A stretch of 64,000 nt of DNA from Octopus vulgaris (GCA_951406725.2 OX597830.1:13330001-13394000), one strand, 5' to 3'; shown: positions 1-13,202, numbered from the stretch's first letter. A program made the numbers and translations. The notes: generated by a model not told the origin, from the letters alone.

Positions 1-794
1 ATGCGACTAAAAAGAAAATAAAACAGAAATACATGAACTCTTAAACACGTTCCCCGCATAGATTCATCGTACGACACAAAGGTTATGAGAGAATAAAAAC
101 ATGTGAGAATAAACAGACTAACAAAGAGGGGCATGAACAACAGACGGTGCTTTGTAAAGTTGAGAGCAGAGAAACTGTAGAACGAAGGAAAATAAAGGCA
201 AAAATAAGAGAAACGGGGAAAGAAAGAAAAAAAAAATCGAAAAATGATGAAGATATAAAGAAATATAAAGAAACAAAAAGGAAATGATAAGATGTATAAA
301 GAAATTAAACCTGAAAATGTAATAAAAATGAGGAAAAAAAAGAAATAGGAGATAAAATCTGAAGAAGAACGGTTGGAAAGGAAGAACGGAGAAAAGAAGA
401 TATACAAAACGTCTTGGAAAATTGAAAAAAAGAAAACTGAAGAATAAGCTGGTATGAAAAAAAAAAAAAAAAAGAAAAGAAAAGGTAAAAATTGTTTTTA
501 TAGAGAAATGGTGCCGAAATTTGTCGGCTCTAGCGGTTGTTGTAAAATTGACAATGGTGGAACCAGGAAGTCTGGCGTAAAACTGAAAAAAGAAGAAGAA
601 TGAGAAAATGTAAAGAAAGAGAAGAAACATTTGAGAAAGAAGAACTGATTAGGAAGAATGAGTTATTAAAAATATTGCAAAAGCTGATATAAGTAAAAAT
701 TGGAAATCAAGTCGACGGTCAAATTTTTTTTCAGATATGGGGCAAATTATATAATTCAACATGATAGTAACCTATGCGCATGGATCAGTATTTA

Positions 795-1110
795 TAGTGT
801 AGGGCTTATAGTTGTGAGTTCGATTCCCGACCGGGTTGTGTGCTGGGTTCTTGAGCAAGACACTTCATTTCTCTTTGCTTCCGTTCACTCAGCTGTTTTG
901 AGTTGCGACGTCACTGGTGCCAAACTGTATCGGGCTTTGCCTTTCTCTTGGATAATACTGGTGGCGTGGAGAGAGGGAGACTATTATGTATGTGCGACTA
1001 CTGGTCTCCCACAAAACAACCTTGCCCCGGACTTGTCCCACAAAACAACCTTGCCTCAGAGGGATACTTTCTAGGTGTAGTCCCATGTCCTTTCGTGACC
1101 GAAGTTGATC
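795..1110 (+). mobile_element. tRNA-derived SINE (family D here), degenerate
   Basis: B-box-like GAGTTCGATTCC followed by CTTGAGCAAGACACTT...TTCACTCAGCTG core; homologous to the reverse complement of 29795-30085; internal duplication of CCCACAAAACAACCTTGCC. Confidence 0.7.
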
Positions 1111-1232
1111 TTTAAATTCTATACGAAATACAATTTACTGCGAAAGATCCTCAATCTGCTAAAAACAGAAGCTGCTTATACTTGAAATAATGATTTACAG
1201 TCTTTGTAAAGATGGATACGTTAGTTAATATA

Positions 1233-2445
1233 TTGGGTCTTCCCATAAATAATGCGGTCTTTTCAATTGCATGAGGGGGATGGCATAAACTACCTGCATC
1301 AGCTTGCTATAAAAGCAGGTAGTAATTTTACCATGTGCTTATTCTTAGTGAAAGTTTTAAACAGTGCAGTTCGATTTTAACAGTTATTTTTTTCAAAGCT
1401 ATAATGGAAGTGACAGAGAAGCATATTTGGCATATTTTGCTTTATGAGTTCAATAATGTCAAGAATGCAACGGAAAGTGCGAGGAATATTAATGCAGTAT
1501 ATGCGGATCGGACAATAAGTGTAAACCAATGTCAACAGTGGTTCCAGAAATTCCGAGTCGGAAACTACAGCCTAGAAGACGAGCCTCGTCCTGGAAGATC
1601 TGTAGAGCTCGACGAGGATGTCCTGCAAACCTTGGCGGAACAAAATCCCATCGTAACTGTTGAGTAACTTAATCATTTAATCATTCGACCATTTATCGAC
1701 GCCTGTGTGCCATCGGAAAAGTCAGCAAATTGGGTCAATTGGTTCCTCACAAACTTTCCAAGTCTAATCGTGCGCAGAGAGTGAATGTTTGCTCTTTTTG
1801 TTGTCACGTCTCACGAAAGAGCCTTTTTTTTGGACCGAATAGTGACTGCTTGACGAGATATGGGTTCTCTATGAAAATGTCAAGTGCCGAAGACAATGGG
1901 TAGAGAAAGAAGAAACACCGGCACCCCAGGCGAAAGAAGATCTTCATCCACGTAAGGTGTTGTTATCTGTTTGGTGAGATATGAAAGGTTTAGTCCACTT
2001 TCAACTTTTAAACCCAAACCAAAAGATAACAAAGGAAATCTACCATGAGCAGCTTGAGCGGCTTAAGTCAGCACTAGAAGAAAAGTGATCATCTTTGCTT
2101 TCAAGACGAAAAGTGTTCTTCCATCCGGTTAATGCTCGGCCACATACAGGGAGGAAGATATTCTAAAGGCTGGAGCAGTTTGAATGGGAAACGTTGCCCC
2201 ATCCATCATATTCGCCGGACATTGTCCTATCTGAATAATCCGCAGTCTTCGAAATCATTTGGCCAGAAAAATATGAATTCTGTAGACGAGGTCAGAACAG
2301 TACTGGAGGAATATTTTCGTCACAGTCAAATGAATTTTGGAGGATGAATGAGAGTATATTTTAGATTAGAAAAGATCTTTGTTTATCTTAATTTTGAAAA
2401 ATAAAAGAAATATAAAAAAGCCACATTATTTATGGGATGACCCAA
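1233..2445 (+). mobile_element. mariner (Tc1/mariner) DNA transposon, near full length, decayed
   Basis: 25-bp TIRs TTGGGTCTTCCCATAAATAATGCGG (1233-1257) and CCACATTATTTATGGGATGACCCAA (2421-2445), 2 mismatches; TA at 1231-1232 and 2446-2447. Confidence 0.93.
1404..2360 (+). pseudogene. mariner transposase pseudogene (stops and frameshifts)
   Basis: MEVTEKHIWHILLYEF start, WFQKFRVGNYSLEDEPRPGRS HTH region, VPHKL, DRIVT..DE, KVLLSVW and HPSYSPD motifs spread across frames. Confidence 0.9.
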
Positions 2446-2599
2446 TAGTTTTTGGATGCGTTGAGTCTTGAAGAAAAATTATAGGGTAATTACAGTTGGA
2501 ATATCGTTGATGAAATGATTGATTTGGGGTTAAATAAAATAAACAGCAAACAACGAAATTAACCAAATCAATGTCAAATCAATAACCTCATATATATTG

Positions 2600-2806
2600 G
2601 TTCCGAAATTTAGCCCAAGGCCAGCAATTTCATGGGAGGAGGGTTAAATCGATTACATCGACTCTAGTGTTCAAGAGGTACTTATCGAGCCTGAAAGGAC
2701 GAAAGACAAAGTCAACCTGAGCGGATTTTGAACTCGGAACATAAAGACGGAGGAAATGCCGTCAAGCATTTTTCCAGGTGTGCTAACGATTCTGCCAGCT
2801 CGTCGC
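2600..2806 (-). mobile_element. tRNA-derived SINE family A, old diverged copy
   Basis: Matches the family A body (GAAAGGACGAAAGACAAAGTCAACC...GCTAACGATTCTGCCAGCTCG). Confidence 0.75.
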
Positions 2807-3438
2807 TTTCCCACTCTCATATATATATTAAAAGGACAATGTAAACAATCTTTCCAAGTAAGAGAATCCCGGACCATCGTCATTAGTAAAAGAAACATTA
2901 AGGATCTTTGTGGTTTTCGTCACTGTTCACAATTTTGTTCCAGTTGTTTTCGAATTTGGTATTTGGATTAAGTTTTGTATACTAGTTATGAAAATTAAAT
3001 TCATTTCCCTTATATACCCATAATTAAAAAGTTAGCATTTAAAATTTGCAAAATTTGGGTATTTTAGCAAATCAGAAGCGAGTATTTTACATATCACCAT
3101 GGCGAAGAAGTCTGTTTCTGTAACAACCAAAGCAAAGAAGAAGTCTGTTTCTGTAATAACCAAAGCAAAGAAGCATCACGTGTTCCATAGCTGATTGCGA
3201 AGACCTCTGTTTCTATAGTAACCAAAGATGCTGCGCATGCGCACAAGGAGTGTAACCACCACTTGTTCTATAATTGTTTGTTTTCATAACAGATGGAATA
3301 TGCCGATGTCCCCCGCCCTCTGATGATATGATGATAGAAGAGGCAGCGAACGCGCTGTTTTCTGATTGGCTGAAAATTCTGAAAATTATCAAACTTTGAA
3401 CACCTGTAACATTTTGGCAAAATTTTTCTAGAATAAAT

Positions 3439-3857
3439 GAATCTTTTCGGTTTGAGCGGCAGTTTTTAACATAATTTCTAGGTAACTAAAAAATTTTAAA
3501 CTTTGTATACTGGTAGAATGTGTTTATAAAACATCTTTTTCTCTTGGCTTTATTGAGAAATTTCTATAGTTTGTAAGATATTTGTTGTTCTTTTCTTCAA
3601 TTTCTGCAATTTCAACCAATCACTGACGTCCATTGAGGTAAACAACATTCTGTGCCGTATGAATATGTCCCTCGTTTCAGAAACAGATTGGGTTTATTTA
3701 CATTTGTGAAGAAAAAAAGACACCCTTCCACCCACCCTAACCCTAACCCTAACCCTAACCCTAAAACAGATTGAAATGCAATAGATCGATACTAGGGTCA
3801 TAATTATGGGTGACAATTTCATATGACAAAAAACTGCCGATCAAACCGAAAAGATCC
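3439..3857. mobile_element. MITE, Merlin-like termini, containing (CCCTAA)n
   Basis: TIRs GAATCTTTTCGGTTTGAGCGGCAGTTTTT / AAAAACTGCCGATCAAACCGAAAAGATCC; perfect 8-bp TSD GAATAAAT (3431-3438, 3858-3865); second copy at 43351-43772. Confidence 0.85.
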
Positions 3858-4135
3858 GAATAAATGAATAACAAAGTCGGATTCAGCGTCAAAATTTACA
3901 TCTATATGATGCATTAAAAAACTGTTTTAATGATAGCTGTAAACAGTGACGAAATAAGAATCTCGTAAATTCCATTTCCCGTCTCTGATCTATTTATATA
4001 TGTAGGTATATCATAAATACCCCATCCCCACCACGCATGTTTTGATATGACGGTGTGATGGTAGAAACCTTTGTTTTCCGTGTACCTTTTGTTCCATAAC
4101 CATATGGCGAACGATTCTCTTAAGAGCCTTTGTCC

Positions 4136-4213
4136 ATCATCATCATCATCATCACCACCACCACCATCATCATCACCATCATCATCATCACCACCACCAC
4201 CATCATCATCACC

Positions 4214-4274
<61 letters not shown>

Positions 4275-4605
4275 CCATCATCATCACCATCATCATCACC
4301 ATCATCCTCATCATCCTCATCATCATCATCATCATCACCACCACCACCACCACTAGCATCATCCCCTCCTCCTCCTCCTCACCATCCTTCTCCTCCTCCC
4401 CTCCTCATCCTCCACCCTCATCCTCCTCCATCATCTCCATCATCATCATCTCCATCATCACTCTCATCATCATCATCATCACCCTCATCATCATCATTAT
4501 CATCCTCCTCCTCCTCATCATCATCTCCATCATCACCCTCCTCATCCTCCTCATCATCATCCTCATCATCATAATCTCCATCATCACCATCATCATCATC
4601 ATCAA

Positions 4606-4636
<31 letters not shown>

Positions 4637-4640
4637 GACG
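4136..4640. repeat. compound (CAT)n/(CAC)n/(CCT)n trinucleotide microsatellite
   Basis: Directly visible. Confidence 0.97.
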
Positions 4641-5054
4641 ACGTCGTCGTATTCGTCGTTGACGTACACTCACAAACAATGAAGAAAATAAAAGCTATTT
4701 CGCAAACACCAAAAAAGCATGTCAGAGCTACTTCTAAAAAAACAATACCAAAATACCCAACAGATATATTACATTATATTCAACAAGATATTGGTAAACA
4801 CTAAAGAAAAAAATAAAACCCATAAAATCTCAAACGCCACATAAAACAACCTGAAACTCAACACAAATACAACGAAAATAAAGTTCAATATTGAAAAACG
4901 AAACAAAAAATTAACAAGAATATAACCAAAGCAAAGAAAACTGGCGGTCATTTTGTAACAGAATTAAACCATAAAACGTGTGTACAGCAAAACCAATAAA
5001 CCAACCTACCAGCCCGGCAACCAAGACAGCAAGCAAGCAACCAACCATCTTGCC

Positions 5055-5180
5055 TACCAGCCAACCGGCCAGCCAACCGGCCAGCCAACCGGCCAGCCAA
5101 CCGGCCAGCCAACCGGCCAGCCAACCGGCCAGCCAAGCGGCCAGCTAGCCAAGCGGCCAGCTAGCCAAGCGGCCAGCAAA
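5055..5180. repeat. 12-bp tandem repeat (CCAGCCAACCGG)n
   Basis: About 6 near-perfect units plus degenerate units; related CCAG repeats at 5418-5470. Confidence 0.9.
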
Positions 5181-5184
5181 CCAA

Positions 5185-5417
5185 CCTATTTCTTTACTAC
5201 CCACAAGGGGCTAAACGCTGAGAGGACAAACAAGGACAGACAAACGGATTAAGTCCATTATATCGACCCCAGTGCGTAACTGGTATTTATTTAATAGACC
5301 CCCGAAAGGATGAAAGGCAAAGTCGACCTCGGCGAAATTTGAGCTCAGAACGTAGCGGCAGACGAAATACGGCTACGCATTTCGCCCGGCGCGCTAACGT
5401 TTCTGCCAGCTCACCGC
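5185..5417 (-). mobile_element. tRNA-derived SINE family A
   Basis: Minus-strand head GAGCTGGCAGAAACGTTAGC...GTTCTGAGCTCAAATT, central GCCTTTCATCCTTTCGGGGTC domain (resembles the Meta/MESC SINE domain), tail ...GTGGGTAGTAAAGAAATAGG. Confidence 0.9.
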
Positions 5418-5689
5418 CAGCCAACCAACCGGCCAACCGACCGGCCAGCCAGCCAGCCAGCCAGCCAAACCGCAAACAAAGATAAACTTCAAACCTTCTG
5501 ATCCCGTAAAACAAGCACCAAAGGTGAATACAATGTAAAAAAAGGACATCTGTAAAATGTGGTTCCCCATTTGGCTCCTTACTATTTCTTCGAATTGACT
5601 GATAATTTGTGAATGGAATTCGACAGAGGAAAGTTGTGCAGAAGTCCGTACACACACACATACGTACGCACGTACGCACATATATGCCT

Positions 5690-5926
5690 GTTTCTTTATT
5701 ACCCACAAGGGGCTAAACACAGAGGGGGACAAACAAGGACAGACAAACGGATTAAGTCCATTATATCGACCCCAGTGCCTAACTGGTACTTTATTTATCC
5801 CCCCCCCCATCGAAAGGATGAAAGGCAAAGTCGACCTCGGCGGAATTTGAACTCAGAACGTAACGGCAGACGAAATACGCCTATGCATTTCGCCCGGCGT
5901 GCTAACGGTTCTGCCAAGCTCGCCGA
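5690..5926 (-). mobile_element. tRNA-derived SINE family A
   Basis: Near-identical to the other family A copies. Confidence 0.9.
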
Positions 5927-5994
5927 CGGATTTGCCATAATCCCGGTTGGGCTCCAGAAGCAATTGTATGTTAATGAATACATTTTTCTGCTCC

Positions 5995-6211
5995 TTTACT
6001 TTTCGTACTCTTTTACTTGTTTCAGTCATTTGACTGCGGCCATGCTGGAGCACCGCCTTTAGTCGAGCAAATCGACCCCGGGACTTATTCTTTTTGTAAG
6101 CCCAGTACTTATTCTATCGGTGTCTTTTTGCCGAACCGCTAAGTGACGGGGACGTAAACACACCAGCATCGGTTGTCAAGCAATACTAGGGGAACAAACA
6201 CAGACACACAA

Positions 6212-6286
<75 letters not shown>

Positions 6287-6296
6287 TACAACAGGC
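5995..6296 (-). mobile_element. SINE family B, 3' half only
   Basis: TTTTACTTGTTTCAGTCATTTGACTGCGGCCATGCTGGAGCACCGCC... through the central (CA)n(TA)n tract; tRNA head absent. Confidence 0.85.
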
Positions 6297-6365
6297 TTAA
6301 CTTTTAAAATGATATTACGACAGATTTTCTTAATTTCTAAATTGAATTTAACAATATTTTTTTTT

Positions 6366-6570
6366 CTCTTTTTACTTGTTTCAGTCATTTTGACTGCGGC
6401 CATGCTGGAGCACCGCCTTTAATCGAGCAACTCGACCCCGGGACTTATTCTTTGTAAGCCCAGTACTTATTCTATCGGTCTCTTTTTTGCCGAACCGCTA
6501 AGTGACGGGGACGTAAACACACCAGCATCGGTTGTCAAGCGATGCTAGGGGGACAAACACAGACACACAA

Positions 6571-6620
<50 letters not shown>

Positions 6621-6791
6621 ATATACGACAGGCTTCTTTCAGTTTCCGTCTACCAAATCCACTCACAAGGCATTGGTCGGCCTGTGGCTATAGCAGAAGA
6701 CACTTGCCCAAGATGCCACGCAGTGGGACTGAACCCAGAACCCAGAACCATGTGGTTGGTTAGCAAGCTACTTACCACACAGCCACTCCTG
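6366..6791 (-). mobile_element. tRNA-derived SINE family B, full length
   Basis: Minus-strand head AGGAGTGGCTGTGTGGTAAG...GGGTTCAGTCCC, CTTGGGCAAGTGTCTTC, central microsatellite, tail ...GAAACAAGTAAAAAGAG. Confidence 0.9.
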
Positions 6792-6916
6792 TGTAGTTAA
6801 AAAAAAAAAAAAAGGCGAAGCAAAAAAAATACTCCCTCACCTATATTACCATGAAATCGTGGTTTTAGTTGCTTTTTTCTTCAACACAAGAAAGCAATTA
6901 ACAAACAAAATTATAT

Positions 6917-7686
6917 ATTTCTTTACTGCCCACAAGGGGGGTCAAACAAGGACAGACGAAGAGATTGAGTCGATTATATCGCCCCCAGTGCGAAACTGGT
7001 ACTTTATTTATCGACCCCGAAAGGATGAAAGGCAAAGTTGACCTCGGCGGAATTTGAACTCTGAACGTAACGACAGACGAAATACCTATTTCTTTATTAC
7101 CCACAAGGGGCTAAACATAGAGGGGTCAAACAAGGACAGACGAAGAGATTGAGTCGATTATATCGCCCCCAGTGCGAAACTGGTACTTTATTTATCGACC
7201 CCGAAAGGATGAAAGGCAGAGTTAACCTTGGCGGAATTTGAACTCGGAACGTAACGACAGACGAAATACCTATTTCTTTATTACCCACAAGGGGCTAAAC
7301 ATAGAGGGGACAAACAAGGACAGACGAAGAGATTGAGTCGATTATATCGCCCCCAGTGCGAAACTGGTACTTTATTTATCGACCCCGAAAGGATGAAAGG
7401 CAAAGTTGACCTCGGCGGAATTTGAACTCACAACGTAACGACAGACGAAATACCTATTTCTTTATTACCCACAAAGGTCTAAAGATAGAGGGGACAAACA
7501 AGGACAGACGAAGAGATTGAGTCGATTATATCGCCCCCAGTGCGAAACTGGTACTTAATTTATCGACCCCGAAAGGATGAAAGGCAAAGTTGACCTCGGC
7601 GGAATTTGAACTCAGAACGTAACGACAGACGAAATACCGCTAAGCATTTCGCCCGGCGCGCTAACGTTTCTGCCAGCTCGCCGCCT
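6917..7686 (-). mobile_element. tandem tetramer of SINE family A (one head, four bodies)
   Basis: Units of ~170-184 bp begin at ~6917, 7087, 7271 and 7454; only the last carries the head. Confidence 0.9.
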
Positions 7687-7849
7687 CAAAATTATACTCA
7701 GACTAAAGGAAGCAAAATTCCCTCGAGATACTAACAGAAGCGTAGAAATATTGAAACTGAATGAAAACAACAACAACACCAACAACATCAATAACAAAAA
7801 CGAAACAAAAACCAGAAAGGGTTCCGAAAAATACTCTATCTGTCTGTTT

Positions 7850-7871
7850 GCCGCTCTGTCTGTCTGCTTTC

Positions 7872-7941
<70 letters not shown>

Positions 7942-8011
7942 GTCTGTCTGTCTATTTATCCATCTGTCTGTCTGTCACATTCTCTCTCTCTCTTTCTCCC
8001 CCCTCTCTCTG

Positions 8012-8060
<49 letters not shown>
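7850..8060. repeat. (TCTG)n/(TCTA)n/(TC)n microsatellite
   Basis: Directly visible. Confidence 0.95.
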
Positions 8061-8064
<4 letters not shown>

Positions 8065-9645
8065 AACTAGGTTGTTGTTGCTAGAATGCAACACCTAACC
8101 AGCTATACATCATTATAAGGCAAAGTGAAATAGCGAGTGGATATAGCGAGGAATTTGTTTAAAAAGTCACCTGACAAGGCACATTCTACACCGGTGATGC
8201 ACAACAATTAATCGCACAGCGTCTCACTTATGAGTTACAGTTGCGAGAATACGTCGAAACAATTGTCGTGGTTTTGCATAAGAATCTCGTAAATTCCATT
8301 TCCTGTCTCTGATCAATTTATATATGTAGGTATATCATAAATACCCCATCCTCACCACACATGTTTTGATATGACGGTATGCAGGTAGAAACGTTAGTGA
8401 GTCGAACAAAAAGTGTTTAGCTGCATTCTCTCATTTTTATTTTGTATGGTTTAGCAATTGTTAATAATTCAGGAATATTATTATAAAACGGTGATGTTCT
8501 TTACCCCAAGAAATAAGTACTAATTCTGAAACTCCGCTTTAGAATTATTGCGAACAAGAGTGCCAACCAAGAAGGTTTTAAATCTCACTCTCTAGCTATA
8601 TGCCTGCTGATGGCACCAGTAAATAGCATTGAATATCATAGAAAATTCTGAATGCTTAAATTTATATAGACATTGCAAAGAAATACGATTTGTACGAGTC
8701 CATAGTTTTGTTAGTCATCGTTTGGAATGAATGACAGAGCGACATCGATGCTTGGAGTTAAAGTTACTCCTAGTTAAGTAACATAGAATATATTGGACAC
8801 TATGCACTTTTATGACAATGAACCGCTATGCAAAGTCTATATTCTAACATCGTTTTAAGTGAATACTAATCGTTAAATTGCATGCGTGAATTTTTGAAGC
8901 AAACGAAAATCATTCTTTAAAAAAACTATGCAGTAGCATCAGCACAAAGCAGTGTTTAGGAATATTTGACATATTTTAACATATTTGTGACATATTTTAA
9001 CTTCTAAAGGCAAATACGCCGCAGTTGCCGTAGAGATAAAATCTCTCTCTTACGGCGTAGAAACACCATATCTACCTCGTGTTTCCCTCTAGCGGATTCC
9101 TAGACGCGCGTTCTGACTCTTTAGCCTTTCTTAATGGAACATATCGAAGGGAGATAACCTTGGGAAGATTCAAAGCCATAGCTTTAACTAAAAATAAACC
9201 ACATCAGTGACCAAGTTGCACTGTTGGATCGCCTGGTTAGAATAAAAATAGCAAATGTGAAATAAGAAATCATATGTAAGATATGAAACATATACTGAAA
9301 TCTTTGAATTAAACAACATGCACTAAACATTTTGCTAAAGTTCAATGATACGATAAGCTTTGTTGGAATAGCTTCAGAAGTGCTACTTCTAATGGTTTTA
9401 TTCCGTCAATAAACACTTCAGTTTCGTAGATGTAAAGCTTATCCTTGATTTGGAGACTTGAATATAAATATTCTGCACTTATTTCCGTATTATTTAATCT
9501 CCCATAATTAGGCTCTGTCCTGTTGTAGACAAGGGAATTTTCCTTGTCTTTTGAATAAAGGTTACCACCAAAGAAGATTAACGATGACTTCACTGAAATA
9601 TTTAACTGCCTACCGGAATATGCAAACTCAAGGATAAATAATTTG

Positions 9646-11585
9646 ATGGGATTTTTAAATATCAGAAGCTACAAGCTGCAGAAGTACCGGTGAAGCCAAT
9701 GAGAACGTACAAACCACAGGAGCTCTTTGTAGTAATTCTTTGTTCATTGTTGGCTGAACAAGAAGAGACAGAACAGAAATATGAACGAAGCAATAAATTC
9801 AGTGATTTCAAAGAATTTACTGGCCTCACAAATTGGTCCATAAACAGTTGATAATTATTTCATATAAAAATATTTAATGCAGGTCTTACTTTTATCTTTG
9901 GAAAATAAATAAACAGATGATGTGAATACCGAATCTAGTAGACTTTACAAGAAGCAAAACAAATGTTTCTCAAATAAATATTTTGAAAAAAAAAAAAAAT
10001 CGAGAATGGCCAGTCTGTGGTGAGACTCTGGTTAGTTCTCACAAAAATTAAAGGTTGTATCTACTGGTTTATTTGCAAACCCTTTTCGAAATGTCAAACA
10101 TCACTTTCAGCTCTGACTGCACCAATGTACTCAAGACTCTGGAATATCCCGAAGATAGCATGGAACATAAGATGGAAATGTGTTTGATAGCAAGAAAAGC
10201 AAATAAATGCACTGTAGATAGAAACTTGTGGATTAACAGACAAGAAAAGCAGAGAGTATCATCTTGAAATACTGAAAAGAGTTGTACCACTTAAGTGAAA
10301 GAGGTTTGGAATTTAGAAGTCATGAGTGAAATGAAGGTCACTATATAACGAAAATTTAAAGAGGAGCATTAATCTTTTTGTAGAGTTTAAGTCATTTTTT
10401 ACCAGAACATCTCGGCAAATGTAAGAACGAAAAAATAATTACTACTTCCCTATCCAAAATATGAAGAATCGGTACAAATCCTCAAGGTATGTGTAAGATG
10501 AAAATCAAATCAAATTAACAACTAAGGCACCAAATATTGTTGACTCTCGTACAGCTGACCTAACATATGTTGGCCAGTTGGTAATTGTGATTCGATATTG
10601 TTATAATGGAAAATCCAGCGACGGATTTCTGACACTTTTACCAACAGAAAACTATTCACCCATGACTTGTTCAACAACAAACAGTATATCCTGTGAGAAC
10701 AAAAGCTTTCACTTGAAAATACCTGCCGTCAATCCTACTTGTGCCTGAAGTTATTGAATACTTTGACATTTTGCAGGAGATGCTTGTTTTCTTTTCTCGA
10801 TTGCCATGAAAAGGGGAAATTTTAAACAAACATGGCATTTGGATATTTTCGATGTGCTTAAGTGTAACAAGAGTATATTCTTGTTACACTTAAGCACATC
10901 GAAAAAATCATAAAACAATCATAAAGCAATCAAAGCAACTAAAACCAGAGACAAAGATATCCTACATATTTTGAAAACTCAGAGAAGCTAGAAATACAAA
11001 TGAGATAAAGTTGGTAAAATTAAAGTTTGTTATTTTAACAGTTGTTTGGGAAGAAGTACTGGAGCTTTTCGACAAAATAGTAAGAAACTTCCAAATCCTG
11101 GGGTTTGGATTATTTTGAAGGTTATCTTCTGCTATCATATTTATTTTCATTTCTTAAAGAACTCCGAGAAAATTCAAAGAAGACCGCATACAATGAATTA
11201 AAGCCAAAAGATTTGTGTGGAGATATGACATCAAGTTATTCTGATACTTCCAAACGCATTGTTACGATGGAATTTTGAAACTGAACAAGTGATAGTGCTT
11301 TTCTGAGAAAAATTGAGAAATTCAAAATAGAAAAACTAAATCATCTCTGTGACTGTTTGGTCAACCGATTCTGTAAGAGAATAGATCCATATGAGCAGAT
11401 TGTGAAAAAGTTCGTTCGAGCACCGCCTTTAGTCGAGCAAATTGACCCCGGGACTTATTCTTTGTAAGCCCAGTACTTATTCTATCGGTCTCTTTTGCCG
11501 AACCGCTAAGTTACGGGGACGTAAACACACCAGCATCGGTTGTCAAGCAATGTTGGTGGGGGGGGGGACAAACACAGACACACAA

Positions 11586-11616
<31 letters not shown>

Positions 11617-12225
11617 CATATATACGACAGGCTCCTTTCAGTTTCCGTCTATCAAATCCACTCACAAGGCATTGGTCGCCCGGGGCTATAGCAGAAGACA
11701 CTTGCCCAAGATGCCACGCAGTGGGACAGAACCCGGAACCATGTGGTTGGTTAGCAAGCTACTTACCACACAGCCACTTCTGCGCCTTGGTGAACAATTC
11801 TGAAATTGATGGGAACAATATTAACCTTGTCTTATATTACATATATGATATTACCACGAAGTTGTACACGAGTGTTGTTTTAGAGAATATTTACACTTTG
11901 GGAAATCCTTGAACGCAAAAGTAAACTCACCATCTAAAAAGCTATGTACAGAGATTCTTCAGCATATTTGTGAACAACTAATTGAACTAAATCCCAGTAT
12001 TAGCGCTGTACTTAAGCTATACTTGACAATAACTGTCATAAGTTGTGAAACAGAAAATAATTTCTCAAAGCTATATGTTACAAAGAACAAAATTCTGTCG
12101 ACAATGACTAAAGAGCGTGTAAGTTCTTTATCCATATTGCCTATAGAAAATGATATTGCAAGAAAGCTCTCACATGACAACATTTTGCGTGAATATGCTG
12201 CAAGAAATAGAAAGAAAAATAAAAT
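9646..12225 (+). pseudogene. decayed hAT transposase (ZMYM1-like: DUF4371 region plus C-terminal dimerisation domain)
   Basis: LKRVV...SERGLEFRSHE near 10270-10325, DLTYVGQLVIVIRYC near 10557-10600, LSVTR near 10858-10872, and LKLYLTITVISCETENNFSKL..KNKILSTMTKERVSSLSILPIENDI in ORF 11909-12355; many stops and frameshifts; TIRs not found; 5' boundary approximate. Confidence 0.85.
11417..11787 (-). mobile_element. SINE family B (3' truncated) inserted in the hAT remnant
   Basis: Family B sequence interrupting the transposase-like sequence. Confidence 0.88.
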
Positions 12226-12459
12226 CTTTTGTAAAATTTGCTTCCTGTACTATATATTCCCATACGAGTCTAAAATGAAAGATTATACTAATTCTGATCT
12301 TTGCTACGTTTTGTTTTATCCGTCTAAGATGAATCAAGCACGTATATATAAATAACTCGAAAACTGTAATGCAGAGGAATTGTTTTTCACGCCAGTGAAT
12401 TTGGTACGGGAGATAACTGAGTACAGCAACTTGAACCAACATCTGAAATGTACTCTCTC

Positions 12460-12867
12460 TCTTTTACTCTTTTACTTGTTTCAGTCAATTTGACTGCGGT
12501 CATGCTGGAGCACCACCTTTAATCGAGCAACTCAACCCCGGGACTTATTCTTTTGTAAGCCCAGTACTTATTCTATCGGTCTCTTTTGCCGAACCACTAA
12601 GTAACGGGGACATAAACACACCAGCATCGGTTGTCAAGCAATGCTAAGGGGACAAACACAGACACACAAACACACACACACACACACACATATATATACA
12701 TATACACGACGGGGGCTTCTTTCAGTTTTCGTCTATCAAATCCAATCACAAGGCTTTGGTCGGCCCGAGGCTATAGTAGAAGACACTTGCCCAAGGTGCC
12801 ACGCAGTGGGACTGAACCCGGAACCATGTGGCTGGTAAACAAGCTACTTACCACACAGCCACTCCTG
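12460..12867 (-). mobile_element. SINE family B, full length
   Basis: Family B head, body and tail. Confidence 0.9.
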
Positions 12868-13125
12868 AGCCTGATTAAATTTCATTTTAAAATCTATGGT
12901 GATCTATCATAGCACAAATATGTAAGACGTAACTGTGGTAACCTGGCGCTCGTTGCTGGTAGGAAGAGGTTCCTTGTATGGTCCTGCTTTCATTCGAGAC
13001 TCAAGGTGATTTGGGTATATTGCAAGTCTTTCCAAACATCGTTGGATGCTGTGCTATTGTCACTGGCGTAGGAGCACCTGTAAACAGTAAACGATTTTAG
13101 GGCTCTTAAAATATAGATCTATCGC

Positions 13126-13201
13126 ATACATACATTCATACATACATACATACATACATACATACATACATACATACATACATACATACATACATACATA
13201 C
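13126..13201. repeat. (CATA)n microsatellite
   Basis: Directly visible. Confidence 0.95.
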
Positions 13202-13202
13202 A

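Noticed and set aside
118-630. 170-aa Phe/Leu-rich ORF resembling a membrane protein
   Set aside because: Reverse complement of low-complexity A/G-rich sequence
4071-4804. Poly-Ser, poly-Ile and poly-Asp ORFs
   Set aside because: Trinucleotide (CAT)n repeat open in most frames; no splice or domain context
6917-7686. Regularly spaced repeats resembling a CRISPR array
   Set aside because: Whole ~184-bp units repeat with no unique spacers; SINE-derived; eukaryotic context with no cas genes
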